From a virus (Duplodnaviria > Caudoviricetes): a DNA stretch of 64,000 bases. The notes beneath the pieces were generated by a model. It was not told the DNA's origin. It ran no database searches and worked only from the letters and a program-made list of their open reading frames with translations. Where the stretch lies: the IMG/VR virus record IMGVR_UViG_2562617096_000005. The stretch is one strand, 5' to 3'. A program made the translations under genes and the position numbers. Within the stretch, counting starts at the first letter, position 1. Each line of letters begins with the position of its first letter. This document shows, piece after piece, positions 41,019 through 52,942 of this stretch.

Positions 41019-42620
41019 ATGACAGGGTTATTTGATAGAAGGTCAGTATTCCAAGTAATCGGAGGATTGCTACAAAATCCTTCTTTACTCGATGAATATG
41101 TGCTGACACAGGAAGATTTTAATGGAGACAGTTTTCACCAAATTGTTTTCTCTTCTATATATAACCTACATAATCAGGGAGTGAGTATAATTGATTGTTT
41201 TGCTTTGGACTCATTTATCTCATCATACGAGAAACAATATCGTATCTTTACATCAAATAATGGTATTGATTACGTAAATGATGCTATTTCTATGTGCGAA
41301 CCTGAAAATTTTATTTATAACTATAACAGAGTTAAAAAATTTAGCCTGCTTCGTTATTATGTATCTCAAAATATGGATATAACTGCAATTTATAACCCTA
41401 ATTTGATAGACCCAGTAGAACAAGAAAGAGAGCAGAAAAAGTTTGATAGTTTAAGTATAGAAGATATTATTGAAACGGTAGAAATAAAATATGTTACCAC
41501 TGCAAAGGAAAGATTTAGTTCCGCACAAGAAAAACACGGACAACTTGCCGGAACAGGATTAATTGACCTAATCATGTCGTTTAAGGAAAATCCTGAACTC
41601 GGATTTCCAATGCAGAGTAAGTTCATGAACGCTTTACTTAGAGGCGCAAGACGCTCAACATTTTATTTAAGATCTGGTGGAACTGGTTCAGGTAAATCAA
41701 GACTCTCGTTTGCAGATACGTGTATGACCGCTGTTCCTTGGATATTCAATCTTGATGACAATAAATGGGAATACACTGGATTTAGCAGTCCCAGTTTAAT
41801 TATTACAACTGAATTATCTGTTCAGGAAGTTCAAACGATTATTGTAGCATTTGTTAGTGGAGTAAATGAAGACCACATTACTGAGAATGAATATAAAGAG
41901 GGTGAATTCGAAAGAGTGCTACAAGCTGCTGAATATATTGCTTCCAGTCCACTATATATAGAACCTATTCCAGATTTTGATATTGATGATATAAAAAATA
42001 CGATTAAAAAATATTATCGAGAAAAAGGTGTTCTTAATGTAAATTTTGATTATCTGCATACATCTCTTAAACTTATAAGTCAAATCTCAAACATTTCTAA
42101 AGGAATGAAAATAAGAGAAGACCAAGTATTATTTATGTTTTCGGACGCTCTTAAAACCATTGCTAATGATTATAAAATTCATATCGACTCAGCAACTCAG
42201 CTTTCAGGAGATTATAAAAATGCTCAGGAAAAAGACCAGACAATCCTAAGAGGTTCAAAAGCAATAGCAGACAGAATTGACGTAGGTTATATATTACTTC
42301 CACCTTCTAAAACAGAATTGGAAGCAGTAAAGCCAATTCTACAAAATGGTATATATGCAAAACCAAATATGATATATCACTTGTATAAATGTAGGAGAGG
42401 GAAAATAACCAGAGTTAAAGTATGGCTGCATGTTAATTTAGGTAATTGTCGGGCTAAGGATTTGTTTGTTACCACATTCGATAACGAACTTATTCCAGTG
42501 GATGCACTTACAATAGAAAGTGCTAATAAAATTCTGAAACAACATTCTGTTGATGAAAAAGATTTGGAAGCTACAGAAGAAGAAATGATAGAAGCAGCAA
42601 AAAGTTTTCTTAATTTCTGA
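41019..42620 (+). CDS. DnaB-like replicative helicase
   Basis: GGTGSGKS, TTEL, FDYLH, ATQL, RGSKAIADRID. Confidence 0.9.
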   Translation: MTGLFDRRSVFQVIGGLLQNPSLLDEYVLTQEDFNGDSFHQIVFSSIYNLHNQGVSIIDCFALDSFISSYEKQYRIFTSNNGIDYVNDAISMCEPENFIYNYNRVKKFSLLRYYVSQNMDITAIYNPNLIDPVEQEREQKKFDSLSIEDIIETVEIKYVTTAKERFSSAQEKHGQLAGTGLIDLIMSFKENPELGFPMQSKFMNALLRGARRSTFYLRSGGTGSGKSRLSFADTCMTAVPWIFNLDDNKWEYTGFSSPSLIITTELSVQEVQTIIVAFVSGVNEDHITENEYKEGEFERVLQAAEYIASSPLYIEPIPDFDIDDIKNTIKKYYREKGVLNVNFDYLHTSLKLISQISNISKGMKIREDQVLFMFSDALKTIANDYKIHIDSATQLSGDYKNAQEKDQTILRGSKAIADRIDVGYILLPPSKTELEAVKPILQNGIYAKPNMIYHLYKCRRGKITRVKVWLHVNLGNCRAKDLFVTTFDNELIPVDALTIESANKILKQHSVDEKDLEATEEEMIEAAKSFLNF

Positions 42621-42628
42621 GGTGTTAT

Positions 42629-43741
42629 ATGTATTTAGATGCACAGGAAATATCACAAAAATTAACTCAAGAAGATATTATTAAAATTTGTAGCGACCTA
42701 GGAAATGGAATGTACGAAAAAGATAATGAAGGACATCTCATATTTTGTACTGAGTTGTGCCATGAAGACGGAAACTCGATGAAATTATACTTGTATGAAA
42801 ATATAGACTCAAAAATGAGATGGATATTTCATTGTTATACATGTACAGACACTTATGATGTTTATGAATTAGTAATAAGAGCTAGAAGAAAACAAGGAAT
42901 TACAATTTCATTTCCTCAAGCAGTAAAATATGTTGCAAATATAAGTAATAATGTCTTTTACAAAAAAGACCATGTTATACAGGAAGAAAAAATTGATGAT
43001 TGGAATTGGATAAACCGATTAAAATCGTCTCAAAACAAAAAATCTATTCCTCAACTCAGCGAAATCAATGAGCATATCTTAGAAGTCTTTTGCCCTTATC
43101 CACATGAAGTATGGTTAGAAGAAGGCATTGGTAAAGACTCTATGAAGAAATATCAAATATCCTATTGGGGAGAACAAAATAAAATTATTATTCCTCACAG
43201 AGATATAGATGGAAGATTGATTGGAATAAGAGGGAGAGCCTTAAATCAATCAGATTTAGAAGCAAAAAGAAAATATATGCCAATAACAATACAGGGCAAA
43301 GTTTTGAAACATACGCTTGGGAATAACCTATATGGATTATGTCAGAACGAAGAAGCCATTAAAAGAATGGGAAAAATAATCATTTTCGAAAGTGAGAAAT
43401 CTGTATTATTGTGCGACACATATTATCAGCAAAATAATTTCAGTGTTGCAGTATGTGGTTCAAACATTACAGATACTCAATGTAGAATGATACGTTCTTT
43501 AGGTGTCAGTGAAGTAATGATTGCTTTTGATAAAGAGTACGAAAATGCTAAGAGCAAGCTTGCAGAAGCGTATTATAACAAGCTCCTGAAACTGGCATAT
43601 AAATTAACTCCATATTGTACAGTATATTTGCTTATGGATACTGAAGATTTGTTGAAACAAAAAGACTCTCCTGCTGATAGAGGAAAAGAAATATTAGAAA
43701 AGTTAATGAAAAGTAAAATTGAAGTACGAAAGGAAGAGTGA
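42629..43741 (+). CDS. DNA primase (Zn finger plus TOPRIM)
   Basis: CH...FHCYTC, GIRGR, FESEKS, AFDKE, KDSPAD. Confidence 0.88.
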   Translation: MYLDAQEISQKLTQEDIIKICSDLGNGMYEKDNEGHLIFCTELCHEDGNSMKLYLYENIDSKMRWIFHCYTCTDTYDVYELVIRARRKQGITISFPQAVKYVANISNNVFYKKDHVIQEEKIDDWNWINRLKSSQNKKSIPQLSEINEHILEVFCPYPHEVWLEEGIGKDSMKKYQISYWGEQNKIIIPHRDIDGRLIGIRGRALNQSDLEAKRKYMPITIQGKVLKHTLGNNLYGLCQNEEAIKRMGKIIIFESEKSVLLCDTYYQQNNFSVAVCGSNITDTQCRMIRSLGVSEVMIAFDKEYENAKSKLAEAYYNKLLKLAYKLTPYCTVYLLMDTEDLLKQKDSPADRGKEILEKLMKSKIEVRKEE

Positions 43742-44223
43742 GAATTATGACATCAGAATTAGATAATATAACTGACTTCTTTTGGAACCCCCCGTTTAAG
43801 TTTCAAGCATTTGATATCAAATCAATTAATTTAGATGCAATTGAAAGAGTAGAATTCTATCCTCCGGCAACAAAACTTATTTTGAAAGATGGTAGTGAAT
43901 TTGTTTCTGTTACTCAAGAAGGAGATGTATTCGATAAAGAACGTGGAGTGCAGGAATGTATCATGCAATATCTTTTTGGAGATAAAAGTTATCATACATA
44001 CATTCGTTCACTTATTAAAGCAGATGAGAAATTACAAAATGATAAAGAGAAAAAATTAGCAGAAGAAAAGGCAGCTAAAGAAGCTCAGATTAAGAAAGAA
44101 AAAGAAAATCGTGATAAGCGTATTGCTAGAGAACGAGCACGTAAAGAATATGAGATTGAAATTCAAAAAGAAGCTTATATCAGAGCAATGAAAGAAATGA
44201 ATAAAGGAAACGAAGGTTGTTAG
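43738..44223 (+). CDS. Hypothetical protein
   Basis: ORF overlapping both neighbours. Confidence 0.6.
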   Translation: MRIMTSELDNITDFFWNPPFKFQAFDIKSINLDAIERVEFYPPATKLILKDGSEFVSVTQEGDVFDKERGVQECIMQYLFGDKSYHTYIRSLIKADEKLQNDKEKKLAEEKAAKEAQIKKEKENRDKRIARERARKEYEIEIQKEAYIRAMKEMNKGNEGC

Positions 44224-45209
44224 AAACAATCTTAGAAAAAATTCGACCAGTAGAAGATACTGATAGAGGTAAGTTGCTTACGGTATCTTATTCAAAACTA
44301 AGCCTTTTTGAGAATTGTGCTTACCGTTATAAAATGAAATATATTGATGGTAATTATGCAAACTCTAAAACATTAGCATTAGAGTTAGGCACAATTCTTC
44401 ATAAAGGTTTAGAAATTAAAGGAAGAAATAAAATTGAAGGTCAAGATGTAGATTATGATTACATTAAAACATCCGTAGTCGAAGGATGTGAAGAAAAGAC
44501 TGATAAAAGTACAGCATTTCTTCCGGGAACAAATGACATTAAAAAAAGATATATGGAAGACTGGATGACAAAGGATGAGAATACAGGATTTAATTACAAC
44601 GACAAAATGGAAGTATATTTAAATTCTGTTATTCAATCCAGAATGGAAAATCCGGAATGGAACGTATTCGCCGTGGAAGACCATTTTGAATTTGTTTATG
44701 ATAATCGCTGCATAGTACATGGTTTTATAGACAGATTAGATCAAAACGAAGACGGAGAAATCAAAGTTATTGATTATAAATCTTCAAAACGAGTATTTAG
44801 AGATGCTGATATCAAAACACCTTTGCAGATGGTAATTTATGATATTGCATGTGTTTTTAAATATGGAAGGCTTCCAATGTATCATGAATATGATTTTATC
44901 CTCTTAGATAAAAAGCAGACAACAGAAGATGGTGTTTGTTCAAAAGGATATTTAAAAAGAGGTTTGAAAAAAATTGACAAATTACTTTCTCTAATTGATG
45001 AATTTGAGAAAAGTAATATTTATAAGCCAAGTCCAACACCATTATGTTATTGGTGCGATTTTGCAAGCAAGTCACATACGCCAAATGCTGATAGCAGATA
45101 TGGTGGGTTGTGTGTATATCATTCTCTCTGGAAGCCAGACAATAAAGTATTTAAAGTAAATAAGGAATGGATACCGGGAGAGGATGCAAAACCAAGACGT
45201 ATATTTTAG
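44217..45209 (+). CDS. PD-(D/E)XK RecB/Cas4-like exonuclease
   Basis: SYSKL, GTILH, GFIDRLD, IDYKS, Q...Y, CYWCDF. Confidence 0.85.
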   Translation: MLETILEKIRPVEDTDRGKLLTVSYSKLSLFENCAYRYKMKYIDGNYANSKTLALELGTILHKGLEIKGRNKIEGQDVDYDYIKTSVVEGCEEKTDKSTAFLPGTNDIKKRYMEDWMTKDENTGFNYNDKMEVYLNSVIQSRMENPEWNVFAVEDHFEFVYDNRCIVHGFIDRLDQNEDGEIKVIDYKSSKRVFRDADIKTPLQMVIYDIACVFKYGRLPMYHEYDFILLDKKQTTEDGVCSKGYLKRGLKKIDKLLSLIDEFEKSNIYKPSPTPLCYWCDFASKSHTPNADSRYGGLCVYHSLWKPDNKVFKVNKEWIPGEDAKPRRIF

Positions 45210-45224
45210 AAAGAGGTAGATAAT

Positions 45225-48200
45225 ATGTTACATTTGCATGTACATAGTGATTATTCAAATATTCGTCTGATTGACTCTATTAATAAGGTATCTAAATTGA
45301 TACAAAAAGCAGTAAATCTGAATAACTCTGGTATAGCAATAACAGACCATGAAAGTGTTTCTGGTCATGTTCAAGCTTTGCAGATTGTAGAAAAAGGAAA
45401 ATCTGAAGGTTCTATACCAGAAGATTTTAAGCTGATATTGGGAAATGAAATATATTTAGTAAATTCTTTAGAAGAAGTAAGAGACAATTATAAATCAGGT
45501 ATTACTAAATTTTGGCATTTCATACTATTGGCAAAAGATGAAATTGGACATAAACAATTAAGAATTTTAAGTTCTTTAGCTTGGGATAATAGTTTCAAGA
45601 CAGGAAAAATGGAAAGAACTCCAACTTTAAAATCAGATTTAGAAAAAATTGTAAAAGAAAACCCCGGACATTTAATTGCAAGCACTGCATGTCTTGGTGG
45701 CGAATGTTCACATTGGATATTAAATAAAGATGTAGAAAAATTTAATGAATTTGTGCAATACTGTTATGATTTATTTGGAGAAGATTTTTATTTTGAACTT
45801 CAACCAAACAATTCTGAAGAACAAGTCTTAGTAAATAAAACTCTGATAAGCATTTCTGAACAATTGGATATCCCATTTATCGTTACCTGTGATGCACACT
45901 ATGTAAATAAAGAAGATAGGGTATTTCATGAAGCATATTTAAATTCTCATGAAGAAGAAAGAGAAGTTGGTGATTTTTATGCAACCACTTACATGATGAA
46001 TGTGACAGAGATACATGAGTATTTAGATTGGCAAATTGGAGAAGAGAATGTTAATAAAGCAATTAGAAATACAGAAGTTATAGCAGACAAAGTAAGTAAT
46101 TATACACTTGCTCATTCAACCATTGTTCCAGAAGCAAATATACCGGAATATCAAGAAGAACACTATTTCAAAGATTTCTATGATACACATGAATATATTA
46201 GAAAATTTGCTTACAGCGACAATAAGTATGATAGATATTTACTTCATTTAATTTCTCAGGGTTTTAAAACAAAAGGATACTATGTTGGAATTAAAGACGA
46301 AGAACTTAAAATCTTGATTGATAGGATAGAAATAGAGCTTTCCGAGATGTGGAAAGTTACAGAGAAGATTAAAAACAGCATTTCTTCTTATTACATATCA
46401 ACATTGGAATTGATTGAGATTATGTGGAATGAAGGAGACTCTTTAGTTGGAGTAGCCAGAGGTTCAGTAACAGGTATGTATACCATGTATTTAATTGGAT
46501 TGATACAAATGAACCCTATACAATGGGGATTACCTCATTGGAGACATATATCTCATGAACGCCCAGAATTAGCGGATATAGATTTAGATTCACAAAGGAA
46601 TAGAAGAAAACAAATTGTAAATGCAATTAAAAAACGTAAAGGCGAACGTAGAGTTCTCAATAGCTGTACGTTTAAAACAGAAGGAAGTAAATCCGCAGTT
46701 ATTACAGCGGCTAGAGGATTAGGAGTTGATAATGACATTGCTCAACACATTGCAAATCTTATTCCTATTACAAGAGGTTTTACATGGTCTATACATGATT
46801 GCTTATATGGGAATGAGGAAGAGGAAAGAAAACCTGTTATCGAATTTGCAAATGAGATTAAAAAAATTCCTAATTTATTAGAAACTGCATTAAATATAGA
46901 AGGTCTTATAAGCGGACGAAGCATACATGCGTCAGCAGTGTATCTGTTCAATGATGATTTTATAGAACATAATGCTAGGATGAAAGCACCAAACGGTACT
47001 TATATAACGCAATTCAACATGCACGACTCAGATTGGTGTGGAGGTTTGAAACAAGATATGTTGACAATCTCATCTCTTGATATCGTTAGACATTGTATGG
47101 AGCTACTTATTGAAGCAGGGCACATGCAATGGCAAGGAACGTTAAGAGATACATATAACAAATACTTACATCCTGATGTTTTAGATTACGAAACAAAAGA
47201 AATGTGGGATTGGATAGCCGAGAATAAAGTAATGGATTTATTTCAGTGGATGTAATATCAGGCTGAATTAAAAGTCTTTTAATTGCGGGAAACTCTTTAG
47301 AGTCTGATGTACCAAATGTGTTCTGCAAAGAACACATGGCAAAGAGTAATGTCGGAGATAGGGTAAAAAGCATCAGAATTAGACAATCCGCAGCCAAGCT
47401 TAAATAACCAAAACTAGAATACACACGAGGAGGTGTGAATATGTGAAAGCAATATATGAATATGATACAAGAGTAATAGTAAAATTTAGCGATGATAATA
47501 AAGCAAGTTATTCTGTAAAAAGATATGGTGAACTTCTAAAAGCTGTTGTAGAACAAAGTTATAATCAAGATGAAAAAATATGGAACCCATATAAAATAGA
47601 CGGAAATGAAACGCATATATACTACTGGGAACAGAAAAATTCCAAGATAATTGATATTTTAATTGACACAGAAGATTTAGGAAAAGTTAAAAAATATTAT
47701 TGGCAACTTAATGTGAATGGTTATCCAATGTCTCGTACTCACGGAGAGAAAATCTATTTATATAATCTTGTCATGAATAAAACGGATACAAATACAGTTG
47801 TTGACCACATAAATAGAAATCCTCTAATCAATATAAAGTCAAATCTTAGAATTGTTACACCTCAAATCAATGCGAGAAATAAAACTACAGCAGAAAAAAA
47901 TAAAGAAATCCCTTTTAATGGTGTTCACTACAATAAAAAAAGAAGTGGAAAAACATACAGAATGAGAATAATTGACCTCGATGGTAATGTTATAGATGAA
48001 GATTTCGATACTCTTGAAGAGGCAAAGCAAAAAAGAATATTTTATGAACAAAAATTTGGTTATTTGAGAAGGTTCAACGACTAGTAAGACCTCATTAGTG
48101 AGGCGTAAGATACAAGTGTTTGGTGTCTGAAATGGAGATTGGAAAAGATATAGTCTGAACTTGCGTGAGAGCGCAAGCAGTCATGAAAGATGACGGTTTG

Positions 48201-50641
48201 TAGTGTAGCGACTACAAATGAACAAAATGTTGATACACAGGTTGGGTTACAGGCAGCTAAACGTATTCAACCTCACAGTTTAGTAGAATTGGCTACAGCA
48301 AATAGCATTATGCGACTCATGGTAACAGATGGGGAACAGCCTATTGATACTTATATCAGATATAAAAACGATATATCTGAATGGTATAAGTGCATGAGAG
48401 AAGAGTACCATCTTACAGAAGTAGAAATTAAGATTATCGAACCGTATTTACTACCTGTATATGGTGTTGGTGATACTCAGGAAATTGTAATGGAATTATC
48501 TATGGATGAGCATATTGCGAATTTTAGCGTAGCTGAGTCTAATAAGCTACGTAAGAGTATAGCCAAAAAAGATAAAGAATTACAGCAAAAAATGAAACAT
48601 ACATTTTTTGAAGCAGGTAGAGGAATAGGAACTTCAGACAATCTGCTGAACTACATCTGGAATGAAGTAGTAGGAAAGCAGCTTGGGTAAAATGAGTGCT
48701 CAAGTAAAACTCTGTGAACGCAAGCAAAAGCGGTGTACTACAAAAGTAGTGCTAACGGTGAAGGTTACGTAGAAACAGTAAATAATACCGTGCCAAGTTA
48801 AATCGGGTGTAACGACTATCGGAAAGGCGAAAGCATGAGTACGGGTACAGGTGAGATTAGCACATCTGGGAGCGCAGAGATAGGGTGAATGTGGTCTGAA
48901 GTTAGAAAGGAGATTAAGCATGACGCATTGTTTATCGTTCACAATATCAAATTTTAAAATTAATTATAAATTTCTAGGATTATGTAATAACATGTCTGAG
49001 AAAAATACAAAGTATTGTAATATATGTCTTGAAACTGAATGTGAATACAATAAGGCTAATTTTTTAGAATTGGAATCAGATGTTAAGTATAACAAAAATT
49101 AATATTTAATACTTATAATTTCAGATGATTTTGAATAAACACATTCACTCAAGAGATAGTCTACAAATGATTCATTTTCGAAAAATCATACTTTTCCTTA
49201 CTCCTGTATAGGAGTTCAGGAATTAAATCTAGCATATCATTATCCCATCATCTACTGGAATACAGCATGTCTTATTGTTGATGCAGGAGCAGATGAGGAA
49301 GTTGAAGAAAACAAATCTACAGATTATGGAAAAATTGCAACTGCAATATCTAATATGCAGAAAAGGAATATTCCTATTGCGCTTCCATATATCAATCAAG
49401 CCAATTTCGGTTTTTATCCAGATGAAGAGAACAATCGTATCATTTATGCCTTAAAAGCAATTAACGGTATAGGCGATGACGTTGTAAGAATTTTATTGGA
49501 AAACAGACCTTATAGAGATATGCAGGATTTTTATGAAAGAATGATCAAAACAAAGTTAGTTAAAAACTCTCAAATGATGCAACTTATCAAAGCAGGAGTT
49601 TTTGATGAAATAAGTAACACAGACAGAATAGAACTTATGAAAGAATATATTTCAGAATTTTTAGTAAGCAAATGTAATGCGCTGGGCATGCAGCAATTTA
49701 ACAAATTACTTGTTTTAAATGAAAAATATAACTTCATACCAGAAAAACTTCAATTAGCAATCAGACATGTAAATTTTAAGAAATATGTTTTGGATGATTA
49801 TTTCTTTTACAAGAACGTCATTATTGATGGAAAGAAAGTTCCTAAAGCTGGTTATCATGATAGATTGTTCAAATTGGATGAAACCTCTATGAGGTTTTTT
49901 ATTCAATATTATAGCGAAGATAGTGTCGAGGCAGTAATTGATGAATTCTATGTGATATCTGAGAAGAGATTCATAAAAGAGAACAAAACCCATATAGCAC
50001 CACTTAAAGAATGGTTGACTTTAGAGACTACATTAGAACAATACAATTATTACTTAGTTCAAGAAGCATTGGAAGAAAATGCGAGTGGAACTCTATCTAA
50101 ATGGGAAATGGACTCACTTTCAATTTATGCAACAACTGAGCATGAGTTGAAAAATATGAAAGATAACATGTATGGAATTGAAGATTTTTATGAAATGCCG
50201 GAAGAGCCTGAAATATATGACACATATACAAAACGTATAAAAATTAAAGAAGGTGACACTTGGAGAACTGAAGTAAAAAAATTCCCTAAATACAGGATAA
50301 AAAGAATTTCCGGTACAGTATTAGATAAAAACAAAGACAAACATCTTGTAACACTGCTTACTAAAACAGGAGTTGTTATGGTGAAATTTAGCAAAGGACA
50401 GTTTGTTCATTATGACCAGCAAATAAGCAGCATAGATGAGAATGGGAATAAAAAGGTACTGGAAAAATCATGGTTCAAAAGAGGTAATAAAATAGCCGTA
50501 TGCGGATATAGGCAAAATGATATATTTAGAGCTTATAAATATGCTGATAGTGCTTATAAGCACTCCTGTATGTTAATTAAAAAAGTAAATGATGATGGTT
50601 CTATTCTAGCTTCAGTTGAAAGGTTAAATATAAATGAATGA
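45225..50641 (+). CDS. dnaE: DNA polymerase III alpha, three exons (45225-47247, 48230-48688, 49170-50641)
   Basis: PHP domain HLHVHS, RGS, DIDLD; splicing restores DLFQ-F-DTQ and QLG-Y-SFSKNH in frame. Confidence 0.92.
47248..48229 (+). ncRNA. Group I intron 1 in dnaE
   Basis: P1 TTCAGT/GCTGAA with U-G at the splice site; P AATTGCGGGAAA, Q AATCCGCAGC, R GTTCAACGACTA, S AAGATATAGTCT; ends in G. Confidence 0.92.
47443..48084 (+). CDS. Intron-encoded HNH homing endonuclease with AP2-like C-terminus
   Basis: VVDHINRNPLINIKSNLRIVTPQINARN; FDTLEEAK. Confidence 0.85.
   Translation: MKAIYEYDTRVIVKFSDDNKASYSVKRYGELLKAVVEQSYNQDEKIWNPYKIDGNETHIYYWEQKNSKIIDILIDTEDLGKVKKYYWQLNVNGYPMSRTHGEKIYLYNLVMNKTDTNTVVDHINRNPLINIKSNLRIVTPQINARNKTTAEKNKEIPFNGVHYNKKRSGKTYRMRIIDLDGNVIDEDFDTLEEAKQKRIFYEQKFGYLRRFND
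48689..49169 (+). ncRNA. Group I intron 2 in dnaE, with a degenerate ORF remnant (48920-49102)
   Basis: P1 CTTGGGT/GCTCAAG with U-G; Q AATACCGTGCC, R GTGTAACGACTA, P8 GGGTGAATGTG/CACATTCACTC, S AAGAGATAGTCT; terminal G. Confidence 0.88.
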
Positions 50642-52928
50642 TAGAATATCAGCATTGATAAAAGTAAAAAAAATACGATATTACAACAATAGTAACAATT
50701 TTGGCATCATTTGTGCTGACATAGTTGAAACAACAGATGAAATACAAAAAGATAAATACGGGCAAATGATAGTGAAAGGAATTATGCCTGAATTAAAATC
50801 TAATGTAAAGTACACACTCAATGCTAAGTTGGTAGAAGACTCTAAATGGGGATATCAATATGAAGTAATTAGTATGTACACTAATCTTTGCGTAGACGTA
50901 TCAGACTTAAAAGGACAAAGAGAATTTCTCCATGTTTTATTCACTGACAAGCAAATTGATGCAATGTATGCAGCTTTAGAAAATCCTTATATGGCACTTT
51001 ATAATAAAGAGGCTTCTGACTTAGTAAAGGTTAAAGGTGTTGGGCTAAAAACTGCAAATAAATGGCTGGAACGTTTCCATGAAAATATTGATAAAAGTAG
51101 AGTTTTTGTAGAATTAAAAGAGTACAACCTTACAGCAAATATGGTAGAAAAGCTATATGAGCACTATAAATCTGCGGATGTGATTATTAAGAATGTAAAA
51201 CAAAATCCATATACCTTAATTGACATTCATGGAATTGGTTGGAAAAAATGTGACGAGTTAGCTCTAAAAGGTGGGATGGGAATATACTCTAAAGAAAGAG
51301 TAACAGCATTTGTAAAAAGATATTTATATGAGATGGCTGAGAAAGGTTGTACTTATGTATATGCAAATGAACAGCTTATGGATGCTATTGTTACTATGCT
51401 TGGAGAAGATATTCCTGACGAACCTATTTTAGAAGCCATGAAAGATTTAGATAAATTTCTATGGTGGAATGAAGATAGGAGTAAGGTAGCATTTAAAAAG
51501 AATATTGAGCTAGAAGAGAAAATTGCTCAAAAGCTTATTCAATTAAAAAAGGCAGAGAATACATTTAACTTTGATGGTTGGGAAGAAATCATTTCAGAAG
51601 TTGAAAAAGAACAAGGCTGGGAATATACAGACCAACAATATGAATGTATAAGAACTGCTTTAATAGAAAACGTCTTCATCGTTACAGGTGGCGGTGGAAC
51701 AGGAAAAACTTCTTTTGTGAGAGGTGTATTAAGAGTTCTATGGAGAAAGAGATTTGCTCAATGTGCTTTAGCTGGAAGGGCGGCTGCACGATTAGCTGAA
51801 GTCACAGGAGAAGAAGGATTTACAATTCACAGATTACTGGGATTTCCACTTGGCGATAAAGAGCATGGAGGGTTTGCTTTTTACGAAGGTAATTATCTTC
51901 CATACGACATTATAATTTGTGATGAAATTTCAATGGTTGACTCTAAGTTATTCTATAGATTGATAGATGCAATTAAGCCCGGTTCTAAGTTAATCATGCT
52001 AGGTGATACAGGTCAGTTGGAATGTATTGGTAGCGGAAATATTGCTCATGATTTAATTGAAAGTCAATATATTCCTTCTATAAACTTGACTAAAATTCAT
52101 AGGCAGGCAGAAGCCTCCGCAATTATTACAGATAGTTTAAAAATAAGAAAAAACATACAGGTAATTGATAAAGACTTTGTAGGACATTTAACGAAAGGTG
52201 ATTTACAAGACTTAGAATACAACTGTTACAGCGATGCAAATAACACATATTTTAATTTATGTAGAGATTTTGCAGAATGGATAAATAAAGTGGACTCTAT
52301 ATTAGATTTACAGGTAATTGTTCCAATTAGAGAGCGTCAGTCTGGGATACATCAATTAAATGCAGCATTTCAGGAATTATATAATCCTAGAGATGATGAA
52401 GAAGAAATCATTGTAAGATATTCTCCGAGCTATTCTGCAAATTTAAGAGTGGGAGATAAAGTAATGTATACTGCTAATACATATAAAGCCTTATTGTACG
52501 ACAATCAGTGGGAATATGACCAGAAAGAGTATGAAGAGATAAGTAATATAACTGGAGTTTTTAATGGCAGTATTGGGATAATTGAGGCAATAAATTTTGA
52601 GCGAAATGAGATAGTAGTGAATTTCCAATACATAGGTAAAATTTTGATATTATCGAAGCAGCTTTCTAGTGTGGAGTTAAGTTATGCAATTACAGTACAC
52701 AAGTCACAGGGCAGTCAATATCCTTATGTTTTAGTTGGGTTAGATTTTGGTTCATATTCTATGCTCACAAAAGAGCTAATATATACTGCAATTACAAGAG
52801 CTAGTAAGCATTGTAAATTAGAATGTCAAACCAATGCTTTGAGATATGCAGTGGGACAAAATGCCATAAGCAGTAAACAAACATATTTAGTTGAAGCAAT
52901 AGAAAAAGTAGAAAAACCAGTATTTTAA
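50634..52928 (+). CDS. recD2: RecD2-like SF1B helicase
   Basis: GGGGTGKT, TIHRLL, DEISMV, GDTGQL, IHRQ, YAITVHKSQG; HhH N-terminus. Confidence 0.92.
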   Translation: MNDRISALIKVKKIRYYNNSNNFGIICADIVETTDEIQKDKYGQMIVKGIMPELKSNVKYTLNAKLVEDSKWGYQYEVISMYTNLCVDVSDLKGQREFLHVLFTDKQIDAMYAALENPYMALYNKEASDLVKVKGVGLKTANKWLERFHENIDKSRVFVELKEYNLTANMVEKLYEHYKSADVIIKNVKQNPYTLIDIHGIGWKKCDELALKGGMGIYSKERVTAFVKRYLYEMAEKGCTYVYANEQLMDAIVTMLGEDIPDEPILEAMKDLDKFLWWNEDRSKVAFKKNIELEEKIAQKLIQLKKAENTFNFDGWEEIISEVEKEQGWEYTDQQYECIRTALIENVFIVTGGGGTGKTSFVRGVLRVLWRKRFAQCALAGRAAARLAEVTGEEGFTIHRLLGFPLGDKEHGGFAFYEGNYLPYDIIICDEISMVDSKLFYRLIDAIKPGSKLIMLGDTGQLECIGSGNIAHDLIESQYIPSINLTKIHRQAEASAIITDSLKIRKNIQVIDKDFVGHLTKGDLQDLEYNCYSDANNTYFNLCRDFAEWINKVDSILDLQVIVPIRERQSGIHQLNAAFQELYNPRDDEEEIIVRYSPSYSANLRVGDKVMYTANTYKALLYDNQWEYDQKEYEEISNITGVFNGSIGIIEAINFERNEIVVNFQYIGKILILSKQLSSVELSYAITVHKSQGSQYPYVLVGLDFGSYSMLTKELIYTAITRASKHCKLECQTNALRYAVGQNAISSKQTYLVEAIEKVEKPVF

Positions 52929-52942
52929 AAAGGAGATAAGAA

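Noticed and set aside
44217-45209. Cas4 as part of a CRISPR system
   Set aside because: No cas genes or array; the replication-module context fits a phage exonuclease.
47253-48690. Stop-codon recoding or pseudogenisation of dnaE
   Set aside because: The stops fall inside group I introns, and splicing restores the frame.
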